Of a DNA stretch of 64,000 nucleotides, positions 7,875 to 18,539 are shown piece after piece. Location of the stretch: assembly GCA_018664485.1 (NCBI GenBank), contig JABJOE010000005.1, positions 15,581-79,580 of the forward strand. Reading direction: 5' to 3'. The position numbers and the translations under genes were made by a program. The stretch comes from Candidatus Uhrbacteria bacterium. GTDB taxonomy: Bacteria; Patescibacteriota; Patescibacteriia; UBA9934. The notes below the pieces were generated by a model that ran no database searches, was not told where the DNA came from, and saw only the letters and a program-made list of their open reading frames with translations. Numbering within the stretch: position 1 is the stretch's first letter; each line of letters opens with the position of its first letter.

Positions 7875-8417
7875 TTACTCGTATACTCGCGTCATGACCA
7901 ATTCCCCTACAATGAGGTGGTCGCCGTAGACCTCATGGTCAAGTACCCAGAGCTCGCCTCTGATCGAGGAGAGGTCCAAGTCGTCGGACGATCCGTCAAA
8001 TCGGAGGTTGAACCGGTGTTTTCCTTTTTGCAAGGTCAAGTCGATCTGTACCTCTACCATCCCGTCGTCTGGGCAGTAGACAGCTCGCTCAATCTCGCGC
8101 AGGCACATCACCGTTTCATCAAGGCCGTACTGAGTACACCCGAGGTCTTCTCCCCGGATCTCTCCCCAGTATTGCACCCAGTCGCCATATGCCCCGGTTT
8201 CGGGACTCGGCTCTGTTGCGTAGCTGAGTTGAAAACCTACACCTTCTTTGGTGCCCTGCCACTGGTCGGTTCTATTGTCTCCAACATTTACCGACGGAAG
8301 ATCGGTTGGCCGTTCTGTACAGTTGTCTGACAATGCCAGCCTATCGGGAGCCTGACAGCCAATGTACAGCCCGGCGGTTAGGGGTACAAGCCCCCTAACC
8401 AACCGGTGGAAATTCAT
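7875..8417 (-). CDS. secreted hypothetical protein (signal peptide, several Cys; GC-rich island)
   Basis: N-terminal hydrophobic leader LVPLTAGLYIGC; no known domain. Confidence 0.5.
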   Translation of the reverse strand: MNFHRLVRGLVPLTAGLYIGCQAPDRLALSDNCTERPTDLPSVNVGDNRTDQWQGTKEGVGFQLSYATEPSPETGAYGDWVQYWGEIRGEDLGCTQYGLDETVMCLREIERAVYCPDDGMVEVQIDLTLQKGKHRFNLRFDGSSDDLDLSSIRGELWVLDHEVYGDHLIVGELVMTRVYE

Positions 8418-8419
8418 CG

Positions 8420-8965
8420 CTACCAGCCACCGCTGCCAGCACCACCTCGGTACGTACCGCTACCCGCGGTACTGCGTTCCGCGACGTCGCAGCTCAACGA
8501 GTAGTTGTCGTAGGTGTAGCCCTCGGGGTCGACTTCTTCTTCCAGGCGGACGCGAATCGTCGCGTCCAGCCTGTCGCCGCTATAGCCGCGGCCAGTACAC
8601 CAGGTTTCGTCTTCATCGTCTGGGTCGCCAGACTCGGGGTACTCATCGAACCAGAGCGCACCGTGCACGGACTCGCTGAAGGTCACGCCATCTGGGACGC
8701 AGATGCCCGCGAACGCGTTGCCGTTGGGCAGGTTCGTGGGGTCATCCGAGTCCTCAAGCCAGTCGAAGAAGATCTCTTCGCCGAGGTTCGTGACGTTCAA
8801 CGTAGAGCTGGTTCCATGGAACAGTACAGGGTCGATGTCCACGACCAAGCGGAGGTGGTACTGACCTTCGCATTGGCGAGGGCTCTTTTCGGTACAATCC
8901 GACATGGTGGTGAGGAGGGCGAAAGAAAGGACAGAGGCGGTACCGTTCATCAGTTTTATCTCCAC
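8420..8965 (-). CDS. secreted hypothetical protein (signal peptide, acidic, Gly/Ser-rich C-terminus; GC-rich island)
   Basis: N-terminal signal-like SVLSFALLTTMSDC; adjacent to 7875..8417 in same orientation. Confidence 0.5.
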   Translation of the reverse strand: MEIKLMNGTASVLSFALLTTMSDCTEKSPRQCEGQYHLRLVVDIDPVLFHGTSSTLNVTNLGEEIFFDWLEDSDDPTNLPNGNAFAGICVPDGVTFSESVHGALWFDEYPESGDPDDEDETWCTGRGYSGDRLDATIRVRLEEEVDPEGYTYDNYSLSCDVAERSTAGSGTYRGGAGSGGW

Positions 8966-9085
8966 TGATGATTTGGATAGTCGGCCGGTATGTCTCCAAT
9001 CCGGAGGCGACTATCAATAACTTAACCACTACTACCTAGGCAAAACGCTTCGGTACACAGGTGGATTAGAACCACAAGCAGTGGG

Positions 9086-9114
9086 AACTTACGCTAATAT
9101 TGGCCTTTTGTCAA
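9086..9114 (-). promoter_or_regulatory. promoter TTGACAAAAG-N13-TAAGTT (minus strand)
   Basis: complement of 9109-9114 = TTGACA, 17-nt spacer. Confidence 0.4.
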
Positions 9115-9259
9115 GGGTACTATGGGTTGCTGCAAGTAAAAGCGCCTCGTGTGTTAAAGGGTTACATTCGTTATAAAGAAAAGGCAGTGATTAGATTCTT
9201 ATTTTTGAAAAACAAGAGCGCACCCGACGAGACGGCAACGCCAGATGGCTCTTGCTGTC

Positions 9260-9640
9260 TCACACAGATGCGCGAGGCGTAAAGATGTATTCGGGTTTTG
9301 GTTCCTCACCGTCTTTACCTTTTTTGCAGATGAGTGAGGCTTGAACATGGAGTTCTTCGCCATCGTCGCGACGAATGAATACGTAGACTGCCTCCTCGTA
9401 GTCGTCGGACGAATGCACTGGCATTTTCGTAGCGTCAGTGATACGGAGTACATCGACCTCTTCGTACTCGCCAGTTTCTTGATTGAAGTAGCGGGCACGG
9501 ACACCTTGGCAGAGCCCATGACGTGCTAAATCCCTTCCTGCTTCCACCACAGGTTCCCACATGGTTATGTAGGGTGGTTTTTCAGGACGCTGCGCCCTTG
9601 GTCTTCTGTCGTTTACGATAGGTGTATTGTGGTCAAGCAT
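9260..9640 (-). CDS. hypothetical protein (GC-rich island)
   Basis: 126-aa ORF; minus-strand TTGACAATAAAG-N-TAGTCT promoter ~40 nt upstream. Confidence 0.45.
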   Translation of the reverse strand: MLDHNTPIVNDRRPRAQRPEKPPYITMWEPVVEAGRDLARHGLCQGVRARYFNQETGEYEEVDVLRITDATKMPVHSSDDYEEAVYVFIRRDDGEELHVQASLICKKGKDGEEPKPEYIFTPRASV

Positions 9641-9750
9641 GCGGCCTCCGGGTTGAAAGATATGCGCGACAGATGAGACTAACGTACAAAGGCTTTATTG
9701 TCAATGCTTGGCCGATAGCCTTTCTAGTTAAATTTCAAGCGCTTAATCTA

Positions 9751-9779
9751 TTGACATTTACCTAATTTTAGTGTAGTTT
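9751..9779 (+). promoter_or_regulatory. promoter TTGACATTTA-N13-TAGTTT; predicted leaderless rlmN mRNA
   Basis: TTGACA 9751-9756, 17-nt spacer, TAGTTT 9774-9779; ATG at 9789 only ~9 nt after -10. Confidence 0.5.
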
Positions 9780-9788
9780 TCTACCGTT

Positions 9789-10829
9789 ATGGCATATATA
9801 AATCGAAAAGAATCCATTACTGCTTTATTCCCGGGTATGCCAAAATATCGGCTTGCCCAGATTGAAGCGGCTCTTTTTGATCCGGCTATTCGGTCATGGA
9901 ATGAAGTAAGCACGCTTCCTGAAAAAATGCGTGCAATATTAAGTGAGAAGGTGCCATTTATATCGGTGTCACTTGGAAAACTTCAGGCAGGTGACGGAGG
10001 CGATACGCATAAGGCCGCTGTGACTGTAGATGGCGATCATAGTATTGAAACTGTCTTGATGAAGAATAAGCGCGGGCAATATACGATTTGTGTTTCCTCA
10101 CAGGTTGGATGTGCAATGAAATGTGGATTTTGTGCGACTGGAAAAATGGGACTTATTCGTAATTTAGACGCTGAGGAGATTATCGATCAGTTCCGATTCT
10201 GGAAGCAATATTTGATGGACAAATTACATCCCGATGCCCGAATCAGTAATATCGTCTACATGGGGATGGGAGAGCCTCTCGCAAACTACCAAAACGTAAA
10301 AGAGAGCTTGAACACAATTTTGCGTCAATCAGATATTGGAAAAACACGCATCACGGTGTCGACGGTTGGGGTGCTTCCTCGGCTTGAGCAGCTGCTTGAA
10401 GATGAGGAGTGGCCGCATGTCAGAATGGCTGTGTCACTTCATAGCGCTGACCGTGCAACACGAAAAGAAATCGTGCCAACTTCATACGATGAATTTCTTC
10501 CAAAGCTCGCTGATTGGTCACGCCGGTACTTGGAGCGGTTTGGTAATCGACGTCATCATCTTACATTTGAGTATGTTTTGCTAAAGGATGTAAATGATAC
10601 TCCGCACCATGCAACGCTCCTTGGAAACTTTGTGAACAGAATTGGAAACGTTCGAGTGAATCTGATCCCATACAACTTTACTGACTGTGGGTTCTCCTGT
10701 TCTACTCCCGAAGCGATCGAAGCTTTCCGTGAAGTGCTAGATAAAAAAGGACTTACATTTACAACACGCAAAACTCAAGGTGAAGACATCGCGGCGGCTT
10801 GCGGTCAGCTAATCCAGAAAAACAAATAG
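9789..10829 (+). CDS. rlmN: 23S rRNA (adenine2503-C2)-methyltransferase RlmN (radical SAM)
   Basis: CAMKCGFCATG radical-SAM CxxxCxxC, GMGEPL, and C-terminal Cys (CGFSCSTP) typical of RlmN/Cfr family. Confidence 0.85.
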   Translation: MAYINRKESITALFPGMPKYRLAQIEAALFDPAIRSWNEVSTLPEKMRAILSEKVPFISVSLGKLQAGDGGDTHKAAVTVDGDHSIETVLMKNKRGQYTICVSSQVGCAMKCGFCATGKMGLIRNLDAEEIIDQFRFWKQYLMDKLHPDARISNIVYMGMGEPLANYQNVKESLNTILRQSDIGKTRITVSTVGVLPRLEQLLEDEEWPHVRMAVSLHSADRATRKEIVPTSYDEFLPKLADWSRRYLERFGNRRHHLTFEYVLLKDVNDTPHHATLLGNFVNRIGNVRVNLIPYNFTDCGFSCSTPEAIEAFREVLDKKGLTFTTRKTQGEDIAAACGQLIQKNK

Positions 10830-10830
10830 T

Positions 10831-11043
10831 ATGGAAGTTGTAGATAGTAATGGGAAGACCTTAAATGATGGTGACTCTGTTCAGCTTATTAAGGATCTTC
10901 GTGTGAAGGGAACGAACACAAACTTGAAAGTTGGAACCGTAATGAAGAAGATTCGTCTTACCGATAATGTTGAGGAAGTAGAGGGTAAGATCGACGGAAC
11001 TAAGATGGTTCTAAAGACTTGTTTTATCAAAAAACGAAAGTAA
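10831..11043 (+). CDS. PhnA C-terminal domain protein (YjdC-like, 70 aa)
   Basis: NGKTLNDGDSVQLIKDLRVKG...KVGTVMKKIRL...KIDG..MVLKT.FIKK closely follows E. coli PhnA C-terminal domain. Confidence 0.7.
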   Translation: MEVVDSNGKTLNDGDSVQLIKDLRVKGTNTNLKVGTVMKKIRLTDNVEEVEGKIDGTKMVLKTCFIKKRK

Positions 11044-11065
11044 ATTAGGGTAGGGGGATTTTAAT

Positions 11066-12322
11066 ATGAAGGAAGAAGAGTACGACGTAATCGTTATTGG
11101 AGGCGGCCCTGCGGGTATGATGGCTGCCGGACGCGCCGGAGAGCTAGGCGCTAAAGTTGTTTTAATTGAGAAGAATGAACGACTTGGAAAGAAGCTGAGC
11201 ATTACTGGTGGTCGACGTTGTAATATCACAAATGCTGAGCCAGACGACAAGATATTTCTAGCCAATTTTCCAGAATCTAAGCAGTTTTTATTTTCACCGT
11301 TTTCTAAGTTTAATGTTGAGAGTACTTTTGAGTTCTTTGAAGGTCGTGGGCTGCCACTTATGGTTGAGGATCGTAAGCGGGCTTTTCCTAAATCAGAAAA
11401 TGCAGAGGATGTATGTGGCGTACTTGAAGATTACGTAGCGGAGAGTGGGAATGTGACCGTTGTGTTGGATACGGCAGTGAAATCTTTTGTTGTGGAGAGT
11501 GAGAAGTTGAGGGGGGTGAGAACATCGGTAGGAACATTTAAGGCGACGAAGATAATCTTAGCAACCGGTGGTATGGCGGCACCTGAAACCGGATCAACTG
11601 GAGAAGGGCTTTCGATGCTTGCGAATATTGGACATACTGTAAAAGATCCGGATCCAAATTTGGCACCACTTCGCACATCATCAAAGTGGGTTCACAAACT
11701 TTCTGGAACAACGGTAAATGATATGACATTGCGGTTTACGCAGAGCGGAAAATCTCAGCATAAAGTTCGCGGTCGACTGTTGTTTACGCACTTTGGAATA
11801 TCTGGACCGATTGTCATAAACTCAGCACATAAAGTTAAAGAGTTGTTAAAGGGAGGGCCTCTGACGGCATCGGTAGATCTATTTCCCGATTATGACATCG
11901 GTAGCTTGAATACATTTTTTATCGAGCTCTTTGAAACGAACAAAAAGAAATTACTCAAGACAGTACTTAAAGATCTACTTCAAAAAAGACTCAGTGAAGC
12001 TATCTTGAAATTCCCAGGACTGAACATTGGAGATACTCCAGCTCACGCCATCACGAAGGATCAGAGAAAGCTGTTGGTTCACGCTCTTAAAGACATGGAC
12101 TTCCCAATTACTGGAACTATGGGATTTGAGTGGTCTATCGTTGCCGACGGTGGAGCTGACCTGTCCGAAGTAGATTTTAAGAGTATGACATCTCGAATTT
12201 ATCCAAATCTATATTTAGTTGGAGATACATTGGACATCAATAGACCATCAGGCGGATTTTCATTACAACTTTGCTGGACCACTGGTTGGATTGCAGGTTC
12301 ACACGCAGCGAGTCAGTCCTGA
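11066..12322 (+). CDS. HI0933/YhiN/BaiN-family FAD-dependent flavoprotein
   Basis: N-terminal DVIVIGGGPAGMMAA dinucleotide fold and TGGRRCNITN signature of HI0933 family. Confidence 0.8.
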   Translation: MKEEEYDVIVIGGGPAGMMAAGRAGELGAKVVLIEKNERLGKKLSITGGRRCNITNAEPDDKIFLANFPESKQFLFSPFSKFNVESTFEFFEGRGLPLMVEDRKRAFPKSENAEDVCGVLEDYVAESGNVTVVLDTAVKSFVVESEKLRGVRTSVGTFKATKIILATGGMAAPETGSTGEGLSMLANIGHTVKDPDPNLAPLRTSSKWVHKLSGTTVNDMTLRFTQSGKSQHKVRGRLLFTHFGISGPIVINSAHKVKELLKGGPLTASVDLFPDYDIGSLNTFFIELFETNKKKLLKTVLKDLLQKRLSEAILKFPGLNIGDTPAHAITKDQRKLLVHALKDMDFPITGTMGFEWSIVADGGADLSEVDFKSMTSRIYPNLYLVGDTLDINRPSGGFSLQLCWTTGWIAGSHAASQS

Positions 12323-12369
12323 ACAATTGCTATAGACGCTCCAGGTGGCCTTGTGTAGGATGAATTGGT

Positions 12370-13482
12370 ATGAATGCAAAAGATCGAATCAGCTCATTAC
12401 TTGAGCAAACAGGAATCGAAGTAAACGGCCCTAATCCATGGGATCCACAGGTTCATGACGAACGTTTCTATAAACGTGTCTTGGCACAGGGCTCAATGGG
12501 GCTCGGAGAGTCTTATATGGACGGCTGGTGGGACTGTGATGCGATTGACGAAATGATCAATCGTATATTGCGGGCAAACCTTCGTGAAAAGCTCGGTTGG
12601 AATGTTCCGATCATGCTCGAAGCGGCACGCGCACATCTGACGAATAAGCAGAAAGGGCGAAAGTCTTTTAAGGTCGGTGAACAACATTATGACGCTGGAA
12701 ACGATTTGTATAAGGCGATGCTCGATGATCGCATGGTCTACACCGGTGCGTATTTCAAAGATACAGACGATCTAAATCAAGCCCAGGAGAACAAGTTAGA
12801 TCTCGTTTGCCGAAAGCTTGGTTTGAAGAAAGGTGATAAAGTTTTAGATATAGGATGTGGTTGGGCTAGCTTTGCTAAATTCGCTGCCGAGAAATACGGG
12901 GCAAATGTAGTTGGTGTTACGGTTTCAAAAGAGCAGGTGGCACTTGGTAATAAATTGTGTGAAGGATTGCCGGTTGAAATCAGGCTGCAAGATTACCGTG
13001 ATGTAAATGAGAAGTTTGATCACGTTATGTCGCTTGGAATGGTTGAGCATGTTGGTGCAAAAAATCTTCGCGAGTATTTCAAGACTGCACATCGCGTGTT
13101 GAAAGATGATGGACTTTTCGTTCTGCAGTCGATTGGTTCGCTTACGTCTGCGCAAACTAACGATCCATGGCTTGAGAAGTATATCTTCCCAAATTCAATG
13201 CTTCCATCTGTAAAGCAGTTTGCGGTTGCATCGGAAGGACTGTTTGTGATGGAGGATTGGCAGAATATGGGTAAACATTATGAGCACACGTTGCTTGCAT
13301 GGCATAAGAATTTTAACGAGCATTGGCACGAGTTTAAAGATCAGTACGATGATCGATTCTTCCGAATGTGGAATTATTACTTGTTGATCTGTGCTGGACT
13401 GTTTAGAGCACGTAAGGGCCAGCTTTGGCAGATTGTGTATTCCAAGAATGGTGTTAAGAACGGATACGAGGCGCCACGGTAG
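12370..13482 (+). CDS. cfa: cyclopropane-fatty-acyl-phospholipid synthase
   Basis: HYDAGNDLY, VLDIGCGWASF SAM motif, C-terminal YEHTLLAWHKNF pattern of Cfa/mycolic acid cyclopropane synthases. Confidence 0.85.
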   Translation: MNAKDRISSLLEQTGIEVNGPNPWDPQVHDERFYKRVLAQGSMGLGESYMDGWWDCDAIDEMINRILRANLREKLGWNVPIMLEAARAHLTNKQKGRKSFKVGEQHYDAGNDLYKAMLDDRMVYTGAYFKDTDDLNQAQENKLDLVCRKLGLKKGDKVLDIGCGWASFAKFAAEKYGANVVGVTVSKEQVALGNKLCEGLPVEIRLQDYRDVNEKFDHVMSLGMVEHVGAKNLREYFKTAHRVLKDDGLFVLQSIGSLTSAQTNDPWLEKYIFPNSMLPSVKQFAVASEGLFVMEDWQNMGKHYEHTLLAWHKNFNEHWHEFKDQYDDRFFRMWNYYLLICAGLFRARKGQLWQIVYSKNGVKNGYEAPR

Positions 13483-13524
13483 AAGTTCTATAGATAACGA
13501 AAATAGTCGCAAAGCCCTCAAGTA

Positions 13525-14979
13525 ATGACTTGTGGGTTTTGTGTTAGAATGCAGCAGTATATGAAAAGATCATCATTTAAAAGAAAAACATCAGGAGCTA
13601 ATAGCGGGCTGAAAAAGAAGTGGCCCAAGAAGATCCCGGTAAAGGGTGTCACAAAGAAGAAAGTTTCTGCTGCTAAGAAAGATACTTCTTTGGATAACAT
13701 TGATATAACGCCAGAGTTCGAAAAGGCGTTCGATGCAATGGAAAAAACGAATGATCATCTCTTTTTAACTGGTCGTGCGGGTACTGGAAAATCCACGCTC
13801 CTAAAATATTTCCGATCAAAGACAAAAAAGAAGCATGTTGTGTTAGCACCCACCGGTGTTGCTGCGTTAAATGTAAAAGGACAGACTATCCATTCTTTCT
13901 TTGGATTTCATCCACGGATTGAGCCGAGTCGTGTGCACAGAGCTGACGCTGAGACGTTAGGGTTCTTTAAAAACATCGAAACTATAATCATCGATGAGAT
14001 TTCGATGGTTCGTGCCGATTTGTTGGATTGTGTCGATAAGGCTTTAAGACTGAACCGTGGGCGTCCTAATGAGGCTTTCGGTGGAGTGCAGATGATTTTT
14101 ATCGGCGACCTATTCCAGTTGCCACCAGTTGTAACACGCGAAGATCAGTACCGATTTGAGACTGAATATGCTTCACCGTATTTCTTTTCGTCATACGCGA
14201 TCATCGGTACGCAGATTCGCATCATCGAATTGCAACACGTACATAGGCAGAAAGAAAAAGCTTTTGTCGACCTGTTAAACGGAGTTCGTCGTGGAACTGT
14301 TGCAAATACCGATATAGAAAAATGGAACAAACGACATGATCCGTTTTTTGATCCGACTGATGAATCTGAATACGTTGTACATCTCACAACTACAAATAAG
14401 ATGGCGAAACAGCGAAATGATTTGGAGCTCAATAAGTTGGGAAGTAAAGAGTGGACTCTCAAAGCTGGGTCGATGGGGAATCTGGGCACTCGAAAGATGC
14501 CGTCAGAACCTACTATCAAAATAAAACAGGGTGCTCGCATTATGCTTACGACGAATGACCCGGCAAAGCGTTGGGTTAACGGAAGTTTGGGAGTTGTAAA
14601 GCGAGTGAAGGCTAGCGGCTTGAGTAAGCTACCGATCCTTGAGGTAGAACTTGAAGATGGTAAAAATGTTGAAGTAACTCAGCACAAGTGGGAGATATTC
14701 GAGTACGAGATGGCTGACGGTGATTTTAACGAGGGTGTCGTTGGGTCATATTCGCAGTATCCGATCGTGCTTGCATGGGCTGTAACGATTCACAAGGCGC
14801 AGGGTAAGACATTCGACAGCGTTTTGATCGATATTGGTTGGGGTGCATTTGCACATGGTCAGATGTATGTTGCACTGAGCCGTTGTACTGAGCTCCGGGG
14901 AATCACACTTCTAAAACCATTTAAGGTAAAGGATGTCATCGTGGACAGAGCAGTGCTGGATTTCATGGATGCGTATTAA
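13525..14979 (+). CDS. PIF1/RecD-like ATP-dependent DNA helicase with Lys-rich N-terminal extension (start uncertain: 13525/13558/13567)
   Basis: Walker A LTGRAGTGKSTLL, motif II IIIDEISMV, C-terminal AWAVTIHKAQGKTFD (SF1B Pif1 signature). Confidence 0.8.
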   Translation: MTCGFCVRMQQYMKRSSFKRKTSGANSGLKKKWPKKIPVKGVTKKKVSAAKKDTSLDNIDITPEFEKAFDAMEKTNDHLFLTGRAGTGKSTLLKYFRSKTKKKHVVLAPTGVAALNVKGQTIHSFFGFHPRIEPSRVHRADAETLGFFKNIETIIIDEISMVRADLLDCVDKALRLNRGRPNEAFGGVQMIFIGDLFQLPPVVTREDQYRFETEYASPYFFSSYAIIGTQIRIIELQHVHRQKEKAFVDLLNGVRRGTVANTDIEKWNKRHDPFFDPTDESEYVVHLTTTNKMAKQRNDLELNKLGSKEWTLKAGSMGNLGTRKMPSEPTIKIKQGARIMLTTNDPAKRWVNGSLGVVKRVKASGLSKLPILEVELEDGKNVEVTQHKWEIFEYEMADGDFNEGVVGSYSQYPIVLAWAVTIHKAQGKTFDSVLIDIGWGAFAHGQMYVALSRCTELRGITLLKPFKVKDVIVDRAVLDFMDAY

Positions 14980-15019
14980 TGAGCTAAGCTGCCGACATAT
15001 AAAATAACGATTACTTATT

Positions 15020-15334
15020 ATGATCATTACAACTGGAGAATCTGTTCCTGGAAAAGAAATCAAAGAAATTCTAGGTATATCTCGTGGGAGCACTGTGCGA
15101 GCGCGAAATATCGGCATGGATGTTTTTGCAGGACTTAAAAATATTGTAGGGGGAGAGATTAAAGAATATACAAAGCTACAGGCCGACTCACGAGAAGAGG
15201 CAATGCAACGGATGCAGCAGGACGCTGAAGGCCTTGGCGCTGATGCTGTTATCAACGTTCGCATGCATACATCGATGATCATGGCTGGAGCATCTGAAAT
15301 TCTAGTTTACGGAACGGCTGTAAAGTTGGGATAG
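15020..15334 (+). CDS. ybjQ: YbjQ/UPF0145 family protein
   Basis: Full-length similarity pattern to UPF0145 (MIITT...GKEI.E.LG.V.G..V.AR.....F.A...I.GGE...Y...........A...M...A...GA.AV..VR). Confidence 0.8.
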   Translation: MIITTGESVPGKEIKEILGISRGSTVRARNIGMDVFAGLKNIVGGEIKEYTKLQADSREEAMQRMQQDAEGLGADAVINVRMHTSMIMAGASEILVYGTAVKLG

Positions 15335-15337
15335 TCT

Positions 15338-15466
15338 ATGGGGCATATGATTTTTTTCGGAATTTGGGTGCTATTTGAGCTTACTTGTCTTGGAATTATC
15401 GTATATTTGATTGTAAAGAGGGTAGAGGAGAAGCAAAAAGAAAATTTCAAGAAACGCGACAATTAA
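15338..15466 (+). CDS. possible 42-aa single-TM small protein (not in ORF track, <60 aa)
   Basis: ATG 15338, MGHMIFFGIWVLFELTCLGIIVYLIVKRVEEKQKENFKKRDN; hydrophobic helix + basic tail; weak RBS. Confidence 0.25.
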   Translation: MGHMIFFGIWVLFELTCLGIIVYLIVKRVEEKQKENFKKRDN

Positions 15467-15506
15467 TAGCTAAATGAAGCCGTCGGCAGTACCGATGGTT
15501 TTGTTA

Positions 15507-15535
15507 TTGACGAAAAGGTGAATTTTAGCTACAAT
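15507..15535 (+). promoter_or_regulatory. promoter TTGACGAAAAGG-N-TACAAT for typA
   Basis: TTGACG 15507-15512, 17-nt spacer, TACAAT 15530-15535. Confidence 0.5.
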
Positions 15536-15567
15536 CCGCGCGTTATTCAAGATTTTTAACGTTACGC

Positions 15568-17370
15568 ATGGATTTTCGAAATATTGCCATTATCGCTCAC
15601 GTTGACCACGGAAAGACAACATTGGTTGATGCCATGCTTAAACAGTCTGGTGCTTTTTCTGATCGTGATGTCATTGAGGAACGAGTGATGGATTCAAACG
15701 ACCAGGAGAAAGAGCGTGGAATTACTATCTACGCAAAAAATACATCGATTCAAATCGGTGAGGTAAAAGTAAACGTTGTTGATACTCCAGGCCACGCAGA
15801 CTTCGGTTCTGAGGTTGAGCGAGTGTTGCGAATGGTTGATTCTGTTTTGTTGCTAGTTGACGCGTATGAAGGTCCGATGCCGCAGACAAAGTTCGTTCTG
15901 CGGAAAGCGTTAGAGCTAGGTCTAAAACCGATCGTTGTAATTAACAAGATCGATAAGCCGTCAGCTCGACCAGACGCTGTGCTCGACATGGTATTCGATC
16001 TCTTTACAGAGCTCGGAGCAAACGAAGAGCAGTTGGATTTCAAATATATTTACACAAACGCAAAGGACGGATTCGCTATCACGGATCCAAAAGATGAAGG
16101 TAAGGACTTGAAGCCATTGTTTGAACTAATTTTGGACGCTGTTCCTGCAGCTGTAAATGACGCATCGCTCCCATCACGTTTCCAGCCAGTCAATCTTACG
16201 TATGATAAGTTCGTTGGACGAATGGCTACTGGACGAGTGCTTGAGGGAACGATGAAGGTTGGGATGCCGGTTACAGTTATCAAACTTGACGGATCACGGG
16301 AGAAAGGAAAGTTGAGTAAGATTTTGACTAGTAATGGTTTGGCAAAGGTAGAAGTTAATGAAGCGTTTGCCGGAGACATCGTGTCTATCGCTGGAATTGC
16401 CGAAATTAACGTTGGTGAAACGGTTGCGGAAGATGTAAAGGCAGAGGCGTTGCCAGCAATCCAGATCGATCGACCAACACTTACAATGGAATTTTTGGTG
16501 AACAACTCACCGTTTGCAGGACAGGATGGAAAGTACGTTACGTCACGACAGATTCGTGAACGGCTTGAACGAGAACTTGAAACGAACGTTGGGCTTGAAG
16601 TACATTTCCCAGATAGTGCTGAGGTATTCCAGGTTAGTGGACGTGGAGAGATGCATCTTGCGGTTCTAATTGAGACTATGCGACGTGAAGGGTTTGAGCT
16701 TCAGGTTTCACAGCCACGTGCCATCATTACTGAAGTAGATGGTGTGAAGAATGAGCCTTACGAGTCTGTAGTTATCGACGTTCCGGATGATTCAGCAGGT
16801 GCTGTGATCGAAGCTCTTGGAAAGCGTAAGGGTGAGATGACAACGATGGCTAGTGAGAATGGTTCTACACGACTGGAGTACTTAATCCCTACACGTGGAC
16901 TGCTCGGATATCGAACTGATTTCATGACGTCTACAAAGGGAGAAGGAACACTTTCACATATTTTCTCACACAATGGTCCGTATAAGGGTGACATTGAGCG
17001 CCGCACTACGGGTTCAATGATTTCTGGATTTAACGGAAAAACACTAGCGTTCTCCTTGAACAACTTGCAGCAGCGCGGAGCATTGTTCATCGGTCCGCAG
17101 GTTGATGTTTACGAAGGAATGGTGATTGGTTCAAGTGCTAAGGACACGATGGTTGTAAACCCGATTAAAGGAAAGCAGCTTACAAACATGCGTTCCAGTG
17201 GAGCTGATGACGCAATCAACCTTACTCCTCCACTTGATATGAACTTGGAGCGAGCACTTGAGTATATCGATTCTGATGAGTATGTAGAGATTACTCCTGA
17301 TAACATTCGTATCCGAAAACGACATTTGACTGAGTCTGCCAGAAAGAAGAACGGTTCAAAGAATAAATAA
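15568..17370 (+). CDS. typA: translational GTPase TypA/BipA
   Basis: [16 protein letters not shown]1, DTPGHADF G3, NKID G4, BipA C-terminal domain; 600 aa. Confidence 0.95.
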   Translation: MDFRNIAIIAHVDHGKTTLVDAMLKQSGAFSDRDVIEERVMDSNDQEKERGITIYAKNTSIQIGEVKVNVVDTPGHADFGSEVERVLRMVDSVLLLVDAYEGPMPQTKFVLRKALELGLKPIVVINKIDKPSARPDAVLDMVFDLFTELGANEEQLDFKYIYTNAKDGFAITDPKDEGKDLKPLFELILDAVPAAVNDASLPSRFQPVNLTYDKFVGRMATGRVLEGTMKVGMPVTVIKLDGSREKGKLSKILTSNGLAKVEVNEAFAGDIVSIAGIAEINVGETVAEDVKAEALPAIQIDRPTLTMEFLVNNSPFAGQDGKYVTSRQIRERLERELETNVGLEVHFPDSAEVFQVSGRGEMHLAVLIETMRREGFELQVSQPRAIITEVDGVKNEPYESVVIDVPDDSAGAVIEALGKRKGEMTTMASENGSTRLEYLIPTRGLLGYRTDFMTSTKGEGTLSHIFSHNGPYKGDIERRTTGSMISGFNGKTLAFSLNNLQQRGALFIGPQVDVYEGMVIGSSAKDTMVVNPIKGKQLTNMRSSGADDAINLTPPLDMNLERALEYIDSDEYVEITPDNIRIRKRHLTESARKKNGSKNK

Positions 17371-17460
17371 AAGTAAAGCCGCTCGAAAGGGCGGTTTTAT
17401 GATTTCTAGGCACAGGGCGCGCGCGGGTGTATTATTGTTGTATCTTGATAAGATTATTTT

Positions 17461-18141
17461 ATGGGACTTTTTTCAAAACCGTCTACACCGCCAAAAGACA
17501 ACTCAGCATTTTCTCATCTTAATGCTGGGAGTATCGGAACTGGAAAGAATTTTAGGGAAGGGTCATATTCAAAGGCGCGCGGTGGTTTGAAGGGGCAGTT
17601 GAACAAAATGCGGCGTGCTGGGATGCATAGCTCTACTGCAAACATCTCCAAGAAGAACATGGAGCAGATGCACGACATTGTCGCTAAGCGTTTAAAGAAT
17701 AAGGTTGCGGGCGGCAAGATTAACTATCGTGATAAGCGGGCAATGAAGTCCGAGGCGTATAAGTTGATGAAAGATCCGAATAGTAAGTTTTCAAAAGAAG
17801 ATTTGAAAGATTTTAAAAAGGTTGTAGATAAACTTGGTCAGGGTGATGTCAGAAAAAGAGCTCCACAGGCTGAACTACCACAGAAACAGGCGCCGGCTGC
17901 GGCACAAGCGGCTCCGCGTGCAGCGCTTCAAAAACCGTCAGGTTTAGCAAGCCAAGCAAATATGTCGGCTCCGATGGCCAAGGGGGCGGCACCCGCATTT
18001 GCGGCAATGGGTTCCACGGGAGTAAAGGGATTGAAAAAGATTAAATACGAATCTGTACTTCCAGAAAAACCGGCAAAGATTGAAGAGAATCATTTACATG
18101 TTCCAGAAGCTTCAGAGGCGATTGATATAATGATCGACTAG
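17461..18141 (+). CDS. hypothetical Lys/Ala-rich low-complexity protein
   Basis: 226-aa ORF, basic, PQKQAPAAAQAAP repeats, no known domain. Confidence 0.45.
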   Translation: MGLFSKPSTPPKDNSAFSHLNAGSIGTGKNFREGSYSKARGGLKGQLNKMRRAGMHSSTANISKKNMEQMHDIVAKRLKNKVAGGKINYRDKRAMKSEAYKLMKDPNSKFSKEDLKDFKKVVDKLGQGDVRKRAPQAELPQKQAPAAAQAAPRAALQKPSGLASQANMSAPMAKGAAPAFAAMGSTGVKGLKKIKYESVLPEKPAKIEENHLHVPEASEAIDIMID

Positions 18142-18539
18142 CTGCATTTTTTACATGTACCAAAATAAGTTGTTTGGTGATGTGTGATTTTTGAAAATGA
18201 AGTTTTTGTAAGGATGGATCCGTATTCTTGTCGGTTGCAGTCGATGTCTTCAATAAGTCCGCAAGATTCGCACACAAGATGATGATGATGTGGGCGATCT
18301 GCAATTTCGTAGTCATTGTGGCCATGTCCGAGATCGTGGCCATGAACGATTCCAGATTGAACGAAGTCGTCGATCATTCGGTAGATGGTTGTTGGGTTAG
18401 TGCCCGGAACTGATGACCCAATACTCTGTATTCCAACAGGGTGTTTTTGTTTGTGGAGATACGAAAGAACAGCAACGCGCGCTGGAGTTGCGCGCAAATT
18501 ATGCGTACGGAGAAGAATTTTTATTTCGTTTTGACTCAT
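18138..18539 (-). CDS. Fur-family metalloregulator (Fur/Zur/PerR)
   Basis: N-terminal winged-helix LR.T..R..VL, HHHH...C..CG and C-terminal CxxC. Confidence 0.85.
   Translation of the reverse strand: MSQNEIKILLRTHNLRATPARVAVLSYLHKQKHPVGIQSIGSSVPGTNPTTIYRMIDDFVQSGIVHGHDLGHGHNDYEIADRPHHHHLVCESCGLIEDIDCNRQEYGSILTKTSFSKITHHQTTYFGTCKKCS

Noticed and set aside
7340-9660. Calling GC-rich island 7340-9660 a prophage or integrative element
   Set aside because: No integrase, recombinase or phage-like genes are present, and the flanks carry host-type promoters. It is reported only as a compositional island.
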